Shown here: piece by piece, positions 8,303 through 17,244 of the stretch
Position numbering within the stretch: the first letter of the stretch is position 1
How the letters are laid out: each line of letters opens with the position of its first letter
IMG/VR virus record: IMGVR_UViG_2716884766_000001
Location: 124,504-188,503 of that record
Strand: one strand, 5' to 3'
DNA from: a virus
Length of the DNA: 64,000 nt
Made by a program: the position numbers and the translations under genes
The notes under the pieces: model-generated
Database searches by the model: none
Seen by the model: only the letters and a program-made list of their open reading frames with translations
What the model was told of the DNA's origin: nothing

Positions 8303-8895
8303 TAGAATTGTTTCCAGTACTTCGGATGTGTGAGTCCTCCTTCTTTATTTAGATCTGTGTTAGTGAGTAACACGTCTCCTGCTAGACTCCAACGGTGTCC
8401 AGTATTATATGTCATGTGTCTCAAGTTGGCAGGGAATATTAGTAGGTCACCCTCCTGTGTGTTCTCCTCCCAGACAGATGTGTTAAGAAAATTCTTCTCT
8501 GCGTCAGCAAATGCCTGTGGGAACCACTCGTTCTGACTATCCTTAGTAAAGCATAGTGGGTCTTGTGTGTCCAAGTAATACACCCATGATATATGAGCAG
8601 GGTCATGACAATGATTAGGAACTGAACAGTCCTCACCACTGATAGCATACCATGTCTTCATGAAATGAATATTATATTCTACGTTCATAGATGCTAGGTA
8701 CTGATCTATACAGTCATTGATCTCTAGCATAAAACTATTAAGTTGTGGGTCAAGATGTACTAACACCTTACCATTTAACTCTCCTGTTAGACCTTCATTG
8801 AACATGTGATGTTCATACCTCTTGGCAACCCAATCAGTATAGTCTATTAAATTAAATTTACCTACAGTTGTAGGAAATAGATTAATCTTTTCCAT
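8302..8895 (-). CDS. Putative 2OG-Fe(II) oxygenase (TIGR02466-like)
   Basis: LFPTTV N-terminus; HCHDPAHISWVYYL; EGDLLIFPANLRHM. Confidence 0.8.
   Translation of the reverse strand: MEKINLFPTTVGKFNLIDYTDWVAKRYEHHMFNEGLTGELNGKVLVHLDPQLNSFMLEINDCIDQYLASMNVEYNIHFMKTWYAISGEDCSVPNHCHDPAHISWVYYLDTQDPLCFTKDSQNEWFPQAFADAEKNFLNTSVWEENTQEGDLLIFPANLRHMTYNTGHRWSLAGDVLLTNTDLNKEGGLTHPKYWKQF
8346..8352 (-). promoter_or_regulatory. Late promoter variant CTAAATA
   Basis: Inside the 3' end of the upstream oxygenase gene, about 45 nt before the 479-aa gene start. Confidence 0.5.
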
Positions 8896-9401
8896 TATAT
8901 TGGTATCAATGATAGCATATTATTAGGAGGAGCCGTGTGTGTTGTGACATCAAATCCTATTGTGATTCTTGGAGTCTCAAACTTCTCGTTAACAATAACT
9001 TCATGCTGTCTGTGACCAGGTCCTATGTAGATATTACCTACCTCATTTACTATTGAGTAGTCAGCAAAACGAGTTGTAGTATCATGTGGAACTATACTTA
9101 TATAACCATGGTAGTCCCAGTCGTGGTTATGCCATTTCAATACTTGATCTGGGTAATGATAATTGATCCATGACTGCATCCACTTACCATCATCAGGTAT
9201 AAGATTCTTCAGTTCAACAAACAACTCATACGCTAGAGCGTTAGGTGCTGCTAAAGAAAAGAAATTATACTTGTAGTATGACCACGTAGAATCTTCACCA
9301 AATATATTCTGATGAAAATCCCAACACTCACTTACAAGATCTACAAATTCTTGGTGGTTGTTAAGTATCAACTCAGAGGTATGTACTTTATGGTCCTTCA
9401 T
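8895..9401 (-). CDS. Putative 2OG-Fe(II) oxygenase-like protein
   Basis: SWINYH..LKWHNHDWDYHGYISI...HRQHEV...RITIGFD. Confidence 0.7.
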   Translation of the reverse strand: MKDHKVHTSELILNNHQEFVDLVSECWDFHQNIFGEDSTWSYYKYNFFSLAAPNALAYELFVELKNLIPDDGKWMQSWINYHYPDQVLKWHNHDWDYHGYISIVPHDTTTRFADYSIVNEVGNIYIGPGHRQHEVIVNEKFETPRITIGFDVTTHTAPPNNMLSLIPI

Positions 9402-9564
9402 GTATTTGTATGAAAGGATTATCTCCTTGTCTAGACTTGTTGTATATAATTATTCTATCGTTTTTATAGTCTGGAACGAACTCTAACTCATCAGTATTAG
9501 GCCACATCATTTCTTGGTAAAGAGAATTGAGTTTTGCCATGTCATCATATAGATCACCTGTCAT
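9388..9564 (-). CDS. Small hypothetical protein
   Basis: Likely start MTGDLYDDM at 9564, overlapping the mazG stop; the ORF-track start at 9606 lies deeper in mazG. Confidence 0.6.
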   Translation of the reverse strand: MTGDLYDDMAKLNSLYQEMMWPNTDELEFVPDYKNDRIIIYNKSRQGDNPFIQIHEGP

Positions 9565-9964
9565 CTGCTGCTCTGTTCTCTGATTTATAGATGTCAAATG
9601 TTCCACTAGGATATCTCTTCTCTAATTTCTTGACGTTCATCTCTAAGACATCTTCAAAGTCTACACCTAATGCCATACATGCTTGTGCTACGTACCACAT
9701 AACGTCACCCAACTCAATAAGAAGATGTTCTCTATTACTGTCACTCCAAGGCTTACCTTGGAAGACCATCTTCTTAACGATCTCCAAGAACTCTCCGCTT
9801 TCAGCAGCAAGGCCAACACCAGAAGTGGTAAGACGTTCAATATTGGCACCCTGTCTGTCAAGTTCAACCAGACGATCAGCAAGATCGACAAAATCTTTAG
9901 AACAATCGGATGTGACAGCATCCACGAACTCCTCGTAACGTTTAAAATCTATTTGTTTTTTCAT
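9554..9964 (-). CDS. mazG: MazG-family nucleoside triphosphate pyrophosphohydrolase
   Basis: GLAAESGEFLEIVKK..FQGK...ELGDVMWYVAQACMAL...N..KL..RYP. Confidence 0.92.
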   Translation of the reverse strand: MKKQIDFKRYEEFVDAVTSDCSKDFVDLADRLVELDRQGANIERLTTSGVGLAAESGEFLEIVKKMVFQGKPWSDSNREHLLIELGDVMWYVAQACMALGVDFEDVLEMNVKKLEKRYPSGTFDIYKSENRAADDR

Positions 9965-10221
9965 GATTTAGCATCAATAACTTTAGCGGTTTCAATGTCA
10001 TCACTCTCATCTGGATTAGTATGGTGTGTGACTTCTTTTAATGTCTTGACATATTCTAAGACATGTTCTCTGATCTCCATCAGTTCATCGTAGCAACCCT
10101 GATTGTGAGCACAACCTCTGAGGTGGTGGTCAGGTGCTAGGAGTGATTCAGTAAACAGAGCAAGTGCTCTATCATATTTGATAGCAGGAGTCTCTTCTCC
10201 TACAGATGCTTGGTCTTTCAT
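9961..10221 (-). CDS. Conserved cyanophage hypothetical protein
   Basis: 86 aa, between gp41 and mazG; PDHHLRGCAHNQGCYDELM. Confidence 0.75.
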   Translation of the reverse strand: MKDQASVGEETPAIKYDRALALFTESLLAPDHHLRGCAHNQGCYDELMEIREHVLEYVKTLKEVTHHTNPDESDDIETAKVIDAKS

Positions 10222-10223
10222 AA

Positions 10224-11603
10224 TTAAAACTTAAAGTCATTGAACTTACCCTTAGATTGAGTAAGTGCCTTGACTGTATCTTGGTTCAGAACAACTTGAC
10301 CTGAGTCCATGATGTTATTCTGTGCCTCTTGTTCAACATTATACAGTCTCATCTTCGCTCTGTCAATACCTACAACAAAACGTTTGTTAAGTGTGGGATC
10401 ATAGTATCTATTCTTCAACTGTTTGACCATTATCTGATTCTGTTCCTCCAATTCCTCCGTAGATATAAGAGCAAACATAAGATCAGCAGTTGCGGGAAGC
10501 CCAAAACTTTCGCTTGTATCAGTAAGATCAACATCACTACTCCCATAGCCAGAACGAGTCGTCTGAGTAGCGGAGACGAGTGGTACATTAAACTCAACTG
10601 CAAGACCACGGAGCTCTTCCGCAATCGACTTAACCATGGTATATGAATTGACCGACGCATTTCTAAACCTCTGCGATGTACAGATATTTAGATAGTCTAT
10701 GAATATTATCTCTGGTCTGAATGCTTTCTTTAATGCCAGATCATTTAAGAGTGCTCGGAAGTGACCCGCATGTGCTGACGCAGTGGGGTACTCTTTTACT
10801 ATGAGTTTACCTTGTGTCTTCTTAGATAAGTCTGTGATCTTATTCTCAAACATTATCTTAGGTAACTGTGCCAGTGTTTGTATGTCTACGTTGAGGAGGT
10901 TTGCGTCAATTCGTTCAGCAATTTTCTCTTCTGCCATCTCCATTGTAATATAGAGTACGTTCCTCCCTTGGAGCAACACGGAGCTAGCGACGTGGCACAT
11001 GAATAGAGATTTCCCGACACCTGTACCAGCCAACGCGATGTTAAGAGTCTTATTAGGTAGACCACCTTTTGTAATTTTGTTAAAGAAGTCAAGGTCAAAG
11101 GGTACTTTGGTTTCAACTCTGTGATAACTTTCGTATCTTTCTTCGTAGTCATCTATGTAATCGTGTCCTATATGATTATCAAACGACACACCAAGAGCGT
11201 CCGATAGTATACTTGGTATAGCATCGGCACTCTTCTTATCATCAGAACCATCTGCTATCTTGATTGATTCCATCAACGCAAGATAAATCGCACGGTCTTG
11301 GCACCACTTCTCAGTAGTATCCAACAACCAATCTAGTTCTGTTTTCTCTTTATCAAACGACTCTAAAGTCTGGTGTATCTGCTTGAACTGATCATCACTA
11401 AGTGTAGATATCTTACCTACTTCAATGGTAAGGGCTTCAACTGTTGGAACAGCAGAATACTTTACGAAGTATTTATGAATTACATCGAATAGATGTTGAT
11501 CTGTTCTGTCCTCAAAATATTCTTGTTTGACAAACGGAAGTACTCTCCGAGGATAATCCTCAGTTAACAGTAAGTTCTTCAGTATCAGTGTCTCCACCTT
11601 CAT
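10224..11603 (-). CDS. gp41: Replicative DNA helicase
   Basis: Walker A AGTGVGKS, IFIDYLNIC, SATQTTRSG, LKNRY; likely start MKVET at 11603. Confidence 0.97.
   Translation of the reverse strand: MKVETLILKNLLLTEDYPRRVLPFVKQEYFEDRTDQHLFDVIHKYFVKYSAVPTVEALTIEVGKISTLSDDQFKQIHQTLESFDKEKTELDWLLDTTEKWCQDRAIYLALMESIKIADGSDDKKSADAIPSILSDALGVSFDNHIGHDYIDDYEERYESYHRVETKVPFDLDFFNKITKGGLPNKTLNIALAGTGVGKSLFMCHVASSVLLQGRNVLYITMEMAEEKIAERIDANLLNVDIQTLAQLPKIMFENKITDLSKKTQGKLIVKEYPTASAHAGHFRALLNDLALKKAFRPEIIFIDYLNICTSQRFRNASVNSYTMVKSIAEELRGLAVEFNVPLVSATQTTRSGYGSSDVDLTDTSESFGLPATADLMFALISTEELEEQNQIMVKQLKNRYYDPTLNKRFVVGIDRAKMRLYNVEQEAQNNIMDSGQVVLNQDTVKALTQSKGKFNDFKF
10338..10366 (-). promoter_or_regulatory. Consensus sigma70 promoter inside the 3' end of gp41
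   Basis: TTGACA (10366-10361), 17-nt spacer, TATAAT (10343-10338). Confidence 0.7.
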
Positions 11604-12168
11604 AGACTTCCTCTTCAATAAAAAAATTAAATGATATAGTAGACCTCATCTTGGAGGACTTGTTCATGGGAGCAGCATGCTCTAACCATGATGGGAAGAT
11701 AATCATATCACCCTCTTGTACCCAAGGGGTAATGACATTCGCCTTGCTATTAATCATACCACTTGTCGCAAGTAATGTCTCTAATGGATGATGAAAGTTT
11801 GTTGCCTTATGCTCATTCGGATCGAAGTGAACATAGTATACACCAGACCATTGACCTGGTGAGTGGATATGTTTCTCTTGCCAGTGCTTAGTCTCATAGA
11901 CATTCATCCATAAGTCTGTCAAAATCATATTACCATAACATTGTGCTTCTGTCTGGAACTCATCTAGTGTGGGTGTGAATGCGTCTAAACATTCTCCAAT
12001 AGGAAACTTGCCTGACCCATAGGATGTAAACAGGTCACAGTTCCACTGGTCAGGTACATCAGTTTTAAATTTATTATCTTTATAATATTCTTCTACTCTT
12101 GCTTTGATAGCATCGTTATCATCTATGTGATACCTGTAGAGGAGTGTGGGGAATGCTTCTACTTTCAT
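11560..12168 (-). CDS. Putative 2OG-Fe(II) oxygenase (TIGR02466-like)
   Basis: LWMNVY...[17 protein letters not shown]...[22 protein letters not shown]. Confidence 0.85.
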   Translation of the reverse strand: MKVEAFPTLLYRYHIDDNDAIKARVEEYYKDNKFKTDVPDQWNCDLFTSYGSGKFPIGECLDAFTPTLDEFQTEAQCYGNMILTDLWMNVYETKHWQEKHIHSPGQWSGVYYVHFDPNEHKATNFHHPLETLLATSGMINSKANVITPWVQEGDMIIFPSWLEHAAPMNKSSKMRSTISFNFFIEEEVYEGGDTDTEELTVN

Positions 12169-13175
12169 GATCCGTATTTAAACTCCTGTCCTGCTGCCCA
12201 ATCTAATTTCTCCATCACTTCTCCTGTGAAGTATTTGTCAGGATCCTTGAGAATAGCAGAAGGGTACACGCTAGACTCCCCAACAACAACACGGTTACCT
12301 TTACGTTCAAAAACTCCATACTTCTCACCCAGTTCCAGTAGCCCGTAATATTTGTCAAGTCCACGTTCATCATAGTACAGTCTGATACTAACACTTGCAT
12401 TCTCCTTTGATAATCTGCTCTTAGCAGTCTTTGCTTTAATGATATTACCTATCACTTCCTTACCATCTTTCTCTTTAGACTTGGTAAGATATATGATTGT
12501 AGACGCAGCATACTTAAGTCCACTACCTCCACCCATTTCTTTGGTAGGTACGTAAGCACCAACCACATCATATGTATGATTGGTCACAAGCATAGGTACG
12601 TTTGCTTTGCCTAATTTTAATGTAAGTATTCTAAAGATTGCCTTAACAACTTGTGCTCTTGTCATGTCACGAGTGTCTTTACCTTGTGCTGAGTCTTCTA
12701 ACTCTTTACTTGTTGACAACATGCCAAGAGAATCTAACACAAACATTAAGGGTTTGCGATCTTTTTCTGGTTGTTCTAAATATTTGTCTAATATTCTGAT
12801 TGCCTGTGTACGAAACTCCTGTACTGTAGTGACAGGTACGAGCATCATACGTGTGGTGTCCACGTTACGATCCTCCATCATCTGTTTACTGATAGCAGCT
12901 TCAGACTCAAAGTATATAACTCCTGCGTCTTTGTTCTCTCTTAGAAAGTTCTCTACAACACCAAGACAAAAGAATGTCTTACCTGTAGATGATTCTCCTG
13001 CGATAGCAGTGATCTTATTAGAAGGGATACCACCATTGATACTACCACTGACCAGTGCGTTAAAAATATAAGAACCAGTATCTACATACCCTCCTATATC
13101 TCCTACTGATCCATCCGCAAGTATTCCTGCGTAGTCGTTACCTATTTCTTTAACGACATCTTTCAAAAAACTCAT
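12165..13175 (-). CDS. uvsX: RecA-like recombinase
   Basis: [29 protein letters not shown]. Confidence 0.97.
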   Translation of the reverse strand: MSFLKDVVKEIGNDYAGILADGSVGDIGGYVDTGSYIFNALVSGSINGGIPSNKITAIAGESSTGKTFFCLGVVENFLRENKDAGVIYFESEAAISKQMMEDRNVDTTRMMLVPVTTVQEFRTQAIRILDKYLEQPEKDRKPLMFVLDSLGMLSTSKELEDSAQGKDTRDMTRAQVVKAIFRILTLKLGKANVPMLVTNHTYDVVGAYVPTKEMGGGSGLKYAASTIIYLTKSKEKDGKEVIGNIIKAKTAKSRLSKENASVSIRLYYDERGLDKYYGLLELGEKYGVFERKGNRVVVGESSVYPSAILKDPDKYFTGEVMEKLDWAAGQEFKYGS

Positions 13176-15664
13176 GTAAATAAAAACTCAAGCGATGATT
13201 TCTTCTCTGTATCCCATCCTATCACATTAGTGATGATTTGTAAAGGATCAAGAAAAGATTTTTTAAAACTGATCTTGTGATCAATACATTCCTCTAGTCC
13301 AAGTTCCCTCGGAAATGTGTTGAGGAATGATAGTACGTTTTCTCCAGTATAATTTGTGCGACCTACCTTCATGTAGATATATTTTATCTTTTCTCCTTCT
13401 TGAATGAGAGGGTACTTGTTCTCCAGTTTCTTTTGAGCGACATAAAAATTATACAGGAGAGATCCACGAACATGTAGCGGGCATCCCTTTGAATACACGT
13501 CTGTGTCTGATTTGAATTTGCGTAGTCCATTGACCGACCTCGGAAATGCAATGTCTTCTGGTGGTAGAGAGTAGAACTCTTTCTTAAAGTCATCTATAAA
13601 CTTTATGAGTTCATCCTGCTCACCAGTCATCATTATGTTTAGTGCGTCCTTAATAGCTTTACGACAAGGCATCGGAGTAGAGGACTTGACTGCCTCGATA
13701 CCCATCATCTTCAGCTTTGGTTGATTGTATCTGACACCTTCACTGTCCCACACGTTGAGGATGTATCTTTTCTTAGCAGTCCAGATACCTCTAGCAGCAA
13801 TGTTCTCTCGCTTCATAAACATCTTCTGTTCATAAGCGTTAGTGTACTCTGCCAACTCAGTGTACGATCTATCAATGAAGGGTTCTATTTTTTCCTTACA
13901 TGCCTTGTCAAGAAAATCAACTACCTTCTCTTGACTTACTTCCTTATCACCATAAACTTTAGTAACTAAATCATCCAAACAGATGTAGATACTATCTGTA
14001 TCACTAGCGATAACATAATCTTTTTCATTACTATTTAACAGTTTGTTTAAGTAACCATTTACTTTGTTTTCGATCCAACGAATTGATACCTGACCTGACA
14101 ATGTAATTGCTTCAGCGTTTCTCAGATTATAATATCTGAAGTACTGATTACCAATAGCACCATAGGCAGAGTTAAGTTGAATCTTACGTGCCATCTGTAT
14201 ATTATTATACTTACTGATACTCTTCTCTAGATCTTTAGTAGGTGCCTTCTCATACTCCTGCTTTGCCATGAGCATAAGCTTCTTACTTTGTACACGTTCA
14301 TCGTATATCTTCTGCATCATCTCTGGTAAGAAACCATGGATGTCCTTACGATACTGAGCACCATTAGCACACGTAGCAAACTGTGGATCTATCTTGTCTG
14401 TTTGATTGAGGAGTCTCTCAACATTAGCAGAGGGATGGCGGGATTCCCAGAGCGTCTCTGGGGAAATATTATATTGCATAATGAGATGAGGGTACAGAGA
14501 GTTAAGATCAAAAGACACCACCCACTCATACTTTCCAGGTATCGGTTCCTTGACGTATGCTCCTGCGTATTTCTCATCTTTGTTTGATCTCTTTGCGGGG
14601 GGTACGACAACGTTTCTCTCCTTTAAAAAATTGTATATCAATGTGTCCCACATTCTAACCTGATAGTACACATCTTTCAAGTTCACCTTAGCGTCATATG
14701 CTAGGGCAACAGCAAGTTCAAGGAGCTTCATCTTATCCTCTAACTGTAGAACAAGTTCCACGTCCTTGATGTTGTAGTCGATAAACTTCTGCCAGTCCTT
14801 CGTGTAGAAGTCCTTGAAGTTTTCATACTCACTGTGATCTAATTTCTTCTGACCTAGTTCAACAAATGCTATGTGATCTAGTCTATATGATTCCTGATTT
14901 GTATATGTAAATTTCTTATACAGATCCATGTAGTCTAGTACATTGATCCCCATAAGATTGTATAGAATATTTGTTCTACCTTTTATCTCTATCTCTTCAC
15001 TCTTTACCATGCCCCATGGGGACATCATCTTTAATTCTTTCTCTCCGAATAGACGTTCAAGACGACCACAGATATAAGGTACGTCATACAACTCGACATT
15101 CCACCCTGTAAGAACATCTGGGAAGTCAGTTTGCCAATAAGCAAGGAAGCACTGTAACAGATGTTTCTCATCGTCACAGTAGATAAAATCAACATCCTTA
15201 CGGGTATTGTGATAATCCCTCGTCGCGAATACTTTAAGTTTACGTGTCTGATAATCCTGTACTGTGATCGCCAGTAGTTGTTCCGCACATTCACGTACGT
15301 TAGGAAAGCCATTTTCACATGCGACTTCAATATCAAGTGATGTAATCTTGAGAGTCTTGATATCGTAGTCAACTTCGTTGGAGAACTCCTCAGAAATATA
15401 TTGATATAAGAACCTATCATAACCATGTACCTCAAAATTCTCTACGTCTTTGTACTTGTCTTTAAAGTCACGTGCCTGACCTACAGTATCAAATCGTATA
15501 GGTTTAGCATAGCGACCATCCAGAGTTTTGTATTCTGTTATCTGATTGCTGACTACGTAGAGAGTAGGAGAAAATTTAAACTTACGTTGAATACGTTGTC
15601 CATTCTCATATCCTATGTAGAGAAGATTGTTACCAATCAGATTTACATTGGTATAGAAACTCAT
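13172..15664 (-). CDS. gp43: Family B DNA polymerase
   Basis: Exo I SLDIEV; SFDLNSLYP; KIQLNSAYG; ASDTDS; KKRY. Confidence 0.98.
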   Translation of the reverse strand: MSFYTNVNLIGNNLLYIGYENGQRIQRKFKFSPTLYVVSNQITEYKTLDGRYAKPIRFDTVGQARDFKDKYKDVENFEVHGYDRFLYQYISEEFSNEVDYDIKTLKITSLDIEVACENGFPNVRECAEQLLAITVQDYQTRKLKVFATRDYHNTRKDVDFIYCDDEKHLLQCFLAYWQTDFPDVLTGWNVELYDVPYICGRLERLFGEKELKMMSPWGMVKSEEIEIKGRTNILYNLMGINVLDYMDLYKKFTYTNQESYRLDHIAFVELGQKKLDHSEYENFKDFYTKDWQKFIDYNIKDVELVLQLEDKMKLLELAVALAYDAKVNLKDVYYQVRMWDTLIYNFLKERNVVVPPAKRSNKDEKYAGAYVKEPIPGKYEWVVSFDLNSLYPHLIMQYNISPETLWESRHPSANVERLLNQTDKIDPQFATCANGAQYRKDIHGFLPEMMQKIYDERVQSKKLMLMAKQEYEKAPTKDLEKSISKYNNIQMARKIQLNSAYGAIGNQYFRYYNLRNAEAITLSGQVSIRWIENKVNGYLNKLLNSNEKDYVIASDTDSIYICLDDLVTKVYGDKEVSQEKVVDFLDKACKEKIEPFIDRSYTELAEYTNAYEQKMFMKRENIAARGIWTAKKRYILNVWDSEGVRYNQPKLKMMGIEAVKSSTPMPCRKAIKDALNIMMTGEQDELIKFIDDFKKEFYSLPPEDIAFPRSVNGLRKFKSDTDVYSKGCPLHVRGSLLYNFYVAQKKLENKYPLIQEGEKIKYIYMKVGRTNYTGENVLSFLNTFPRELGLEECIDHKISFKKSFLDPLQIITNVIGWDTEKKSSLEFLFT

Positions 15665-15900
15665 TTAGTTACCATCTTATACTTGTCAAGAATTTCTTGC
15701 TTGGGTTCTAAGATTGTAGCAATAGTGTCAGAATAAATCAAGACATCTTCATCATCTGTATGCAATGGCCAAGGTTCCAGAGTGCCATCATCCTTAATAA
15801 GATATGGTTGTTCTAGATGGGCAGCGGGTTCCTCATCCAAAGTTTCAATTTTAGTTATCAGGTAGATCCCCGACTTCAGTAGGAGGAGTTGCGTTTCCAT
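15661..15900 (-). CDS. Sm-like-fold small protein (paralog 3)
   Basis: LLLLKSGIYLIT...QPY...EPWP...IATILEP...Y; likely start METQ. Confidence 0.6.
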   Translation of the reverse strand: METQLLLLKSGIYLITKIETLDEEPAAHLEQPYLIKDDGTLEPWPLHTDDEDVLIYSDTIATILEPKQEILDKYKMVTK

Positions 15901-16291
15901 CTTCTTCATTCATAATTTTTTCTGCTTCACTAAACATAGATTCTAGATCCTGCTCCTCATAACTGAGGTTGAATCTTTCTTCATGCTTCTTGAAGTTTTC
16001 ATTGTATCTGTCTTCATCAACAGCAGACAGATATTGTGTAGCAAGTGCGTCAAGTGGATTGTACACTGTGACTACGTGACTACCTGGTAAAAAGTAATCT
16101 CTATCCTTAGACAGAGGTGCCCAAGGAAACCATTCAATCTGATATCCTTGACCTGTTTGTGAGTCAACAATCTCTAGACGAAATGGTTTGTTTAAACGAT
16201 ACCCTAATGGTTTATCTGTTTCTGGTTCAACTATCTCTTGTACTGTAGATATAACTTCTTCACCAGTTCTCAACATCAACAGTTTAATCAT
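15851..16291 (-). CDS. Sm-like-fold small protein (paralog 2)
   Basis: IKLLMLRTGEEVIS...KPF...FPWAPLSKD...VVTVYNP...Y. Confidence 0.65.
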   Translation of the reverse strand: MIKLLMLRTGEEVISTVQEIVEPETDKPLGYRLNKPFRLEIVDSQTGQGYQIEWFPWAPLSKDRDYFLPGSHVVTVYNPLDALATQYLSAVDEDRYNENFKKHEERFNLSYEEQDLESMFSEAEKIMNEEDGNATPPTEVGDLPDN

Positions 16292-16659
16292 ACAACCTCA
16301 GTAGGTGTGACAGGTGGTTCACCCTGATCTCCTGTCTTTGATCTCACGTTAGAGAGATATGTTTGTAGGATACTAGGTGATGGTTCCATTACTGATATCA
16401 CATAGTCAGGTGTGATAGCGATCTTCTGATCAATAGTAAATGGATTCCATGGTGTGTATCTGATCTTAACTTCTTGATCTTCAAACGTTTCCATATTTAC
16501 AGGTGTCTCAGGATCTTCAGTGATCTTTACCTTGTATGGTATGGTCATGATGTATGCCTGTCTTTTGCCAGTCTCTTTATCAACTGCCTCCTGTAGATCA
16601 CAGATGATATTGTCTCCATCACGTGTGAATACTAATTTAATTCTTTCTTCTGCTATCAT
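16288..16659 (-). CDS. Sm-like-fold small protein (paralog 1)
   Basis: IKLVFTRDGDNIIC...IPY...TPWNPFTID...VISVMEP...Y. Confidence 0.65.
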   Translation of the reverse strand: MIAEERIKLVFTRDGDNIICDLQEAVDKETGKRQAYIMTIPYKVKITEDPETPVNMETFEDQEVKIRYTPWNPFTIDQKIAITPDYVISVMEPSPSILQTYLSNVRSKTGDQGEPPVTPTEVV

Positions 16660-16680
16660 GGCAAATTAATGTATGCATAT

Positions 16681-16709
16681 ATTATAAAAGGGGAACCGAC
16701 ATTTGTCAA
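16681..16709 (-). promoter_or_regulatory. Consensus sigma70 promoter for the Sm-like/gp43 operon
   Basis: TTGACA (16709-16704), 17 nt, TATAAT (16686-16681). Confidence 0.85.
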
Positions 16710-16716
16710 TCCCCCT
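16686..16716 (-). terminator. Intrinsic terminator of hsp20, overlapping the promoter
   Basis: GGGGA-TTGACA-AA-TGTCGG-TTCCCC hairpin followed by TTTT. Confidence 0.65.
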
Positions 16717-16724
16717 TATGTATG

Positions 16725-17150
16725 TTAGATGTAATCCTTCCTTGCGTGGTGTTCTGGTACTACTTTCTTCAGTGTTACTGTGAGTAGTCCGTCCTCTAAT
16801 GTGACCTCACCTATCTCGGTGTCGTCAGATAGTGACCACTGTTTTGAGAAAGAACGTTGTGCTAATCCCCTGTGTGTATAATTCTCAGGTTCTTTTTTAT
16901 CTTCCTTCTGTGCCTCTACTGTGAGTTTACCATACTCTGTGTAGACTTTGACCTCATCTCTCTTGAAGCCTGCTAGTGCTATCTCTAATCTGGATAGTAC
17001 ATTTGAGACAGCAATTAGATTGTATGGTGGATAATTTGATGTAGTCTGATTCCAGAAAGAATCAAAGTACTCATCCATTCCTATACTATTCTTAGAAATT
17101 TTATCAAATAGTGTTGGTAAATCGGCAGCACTATATCTTTGAATGTTCAT
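16725..17150 (-). CDS. hsp20: Small heat shock protein
   Basis: NYPPYNL...LEIALAGF...HRGLAQRSF...DGLLTVTLKKVVPE. Confidence 0.95.
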   Translation of the reverse strand: MNIQRYSAADLPTLFDKISKNSIGMDEYFDSFWNQTTSNYPPYNLIAVSNVLSRLEIALAGFKRDEVKVYTEYGKLTVEAQKEDKKEPENYTHRGLAQRSFSKQWSLSDDTEIGEVTLEDGLLTVTLKKVVPEHHARKDYI

Positions 17151-17177
17151 GGTGACCTCCTTAAGCGTCGTTAGTTT

Positions 17178-17196
17178 GTGTACCCGAAGCGTACAC
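17178..17196 (-). promoter_or_regulatory. cUUCGg-capped hairpin in the hsp20 5' leader
   Basis: GTGTAC-G-C-TTCG-G-GTACAC upstream of the AAGGAGG RBS (17162-17156). Confidence 0.55.
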
Positions 17197-17217
17197 TACT
17201 AATTATAATACTTCCAT

Positions 17218-17244
17218 AAAAAAAGGGGGTGTGGTTAACCCTCC
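17218..17244 (-). terminator. Probable weak intrinsic terminator after the 374-aa gene
   Basis: GGAGGGT...ACCCCCT imperfect stem plus T7 run. Confidence 0.4.

Noticed and set aside
17202-17230. Full sigma70 promoter for hsp20 and for the 374-aa gene (18408-18436)
   Set aside because: TATAAT boxes are present, but the positions 17 nt upstream (ACCCCC; AAGTAG) do not resemble a -35, so these are not listed as promoters.
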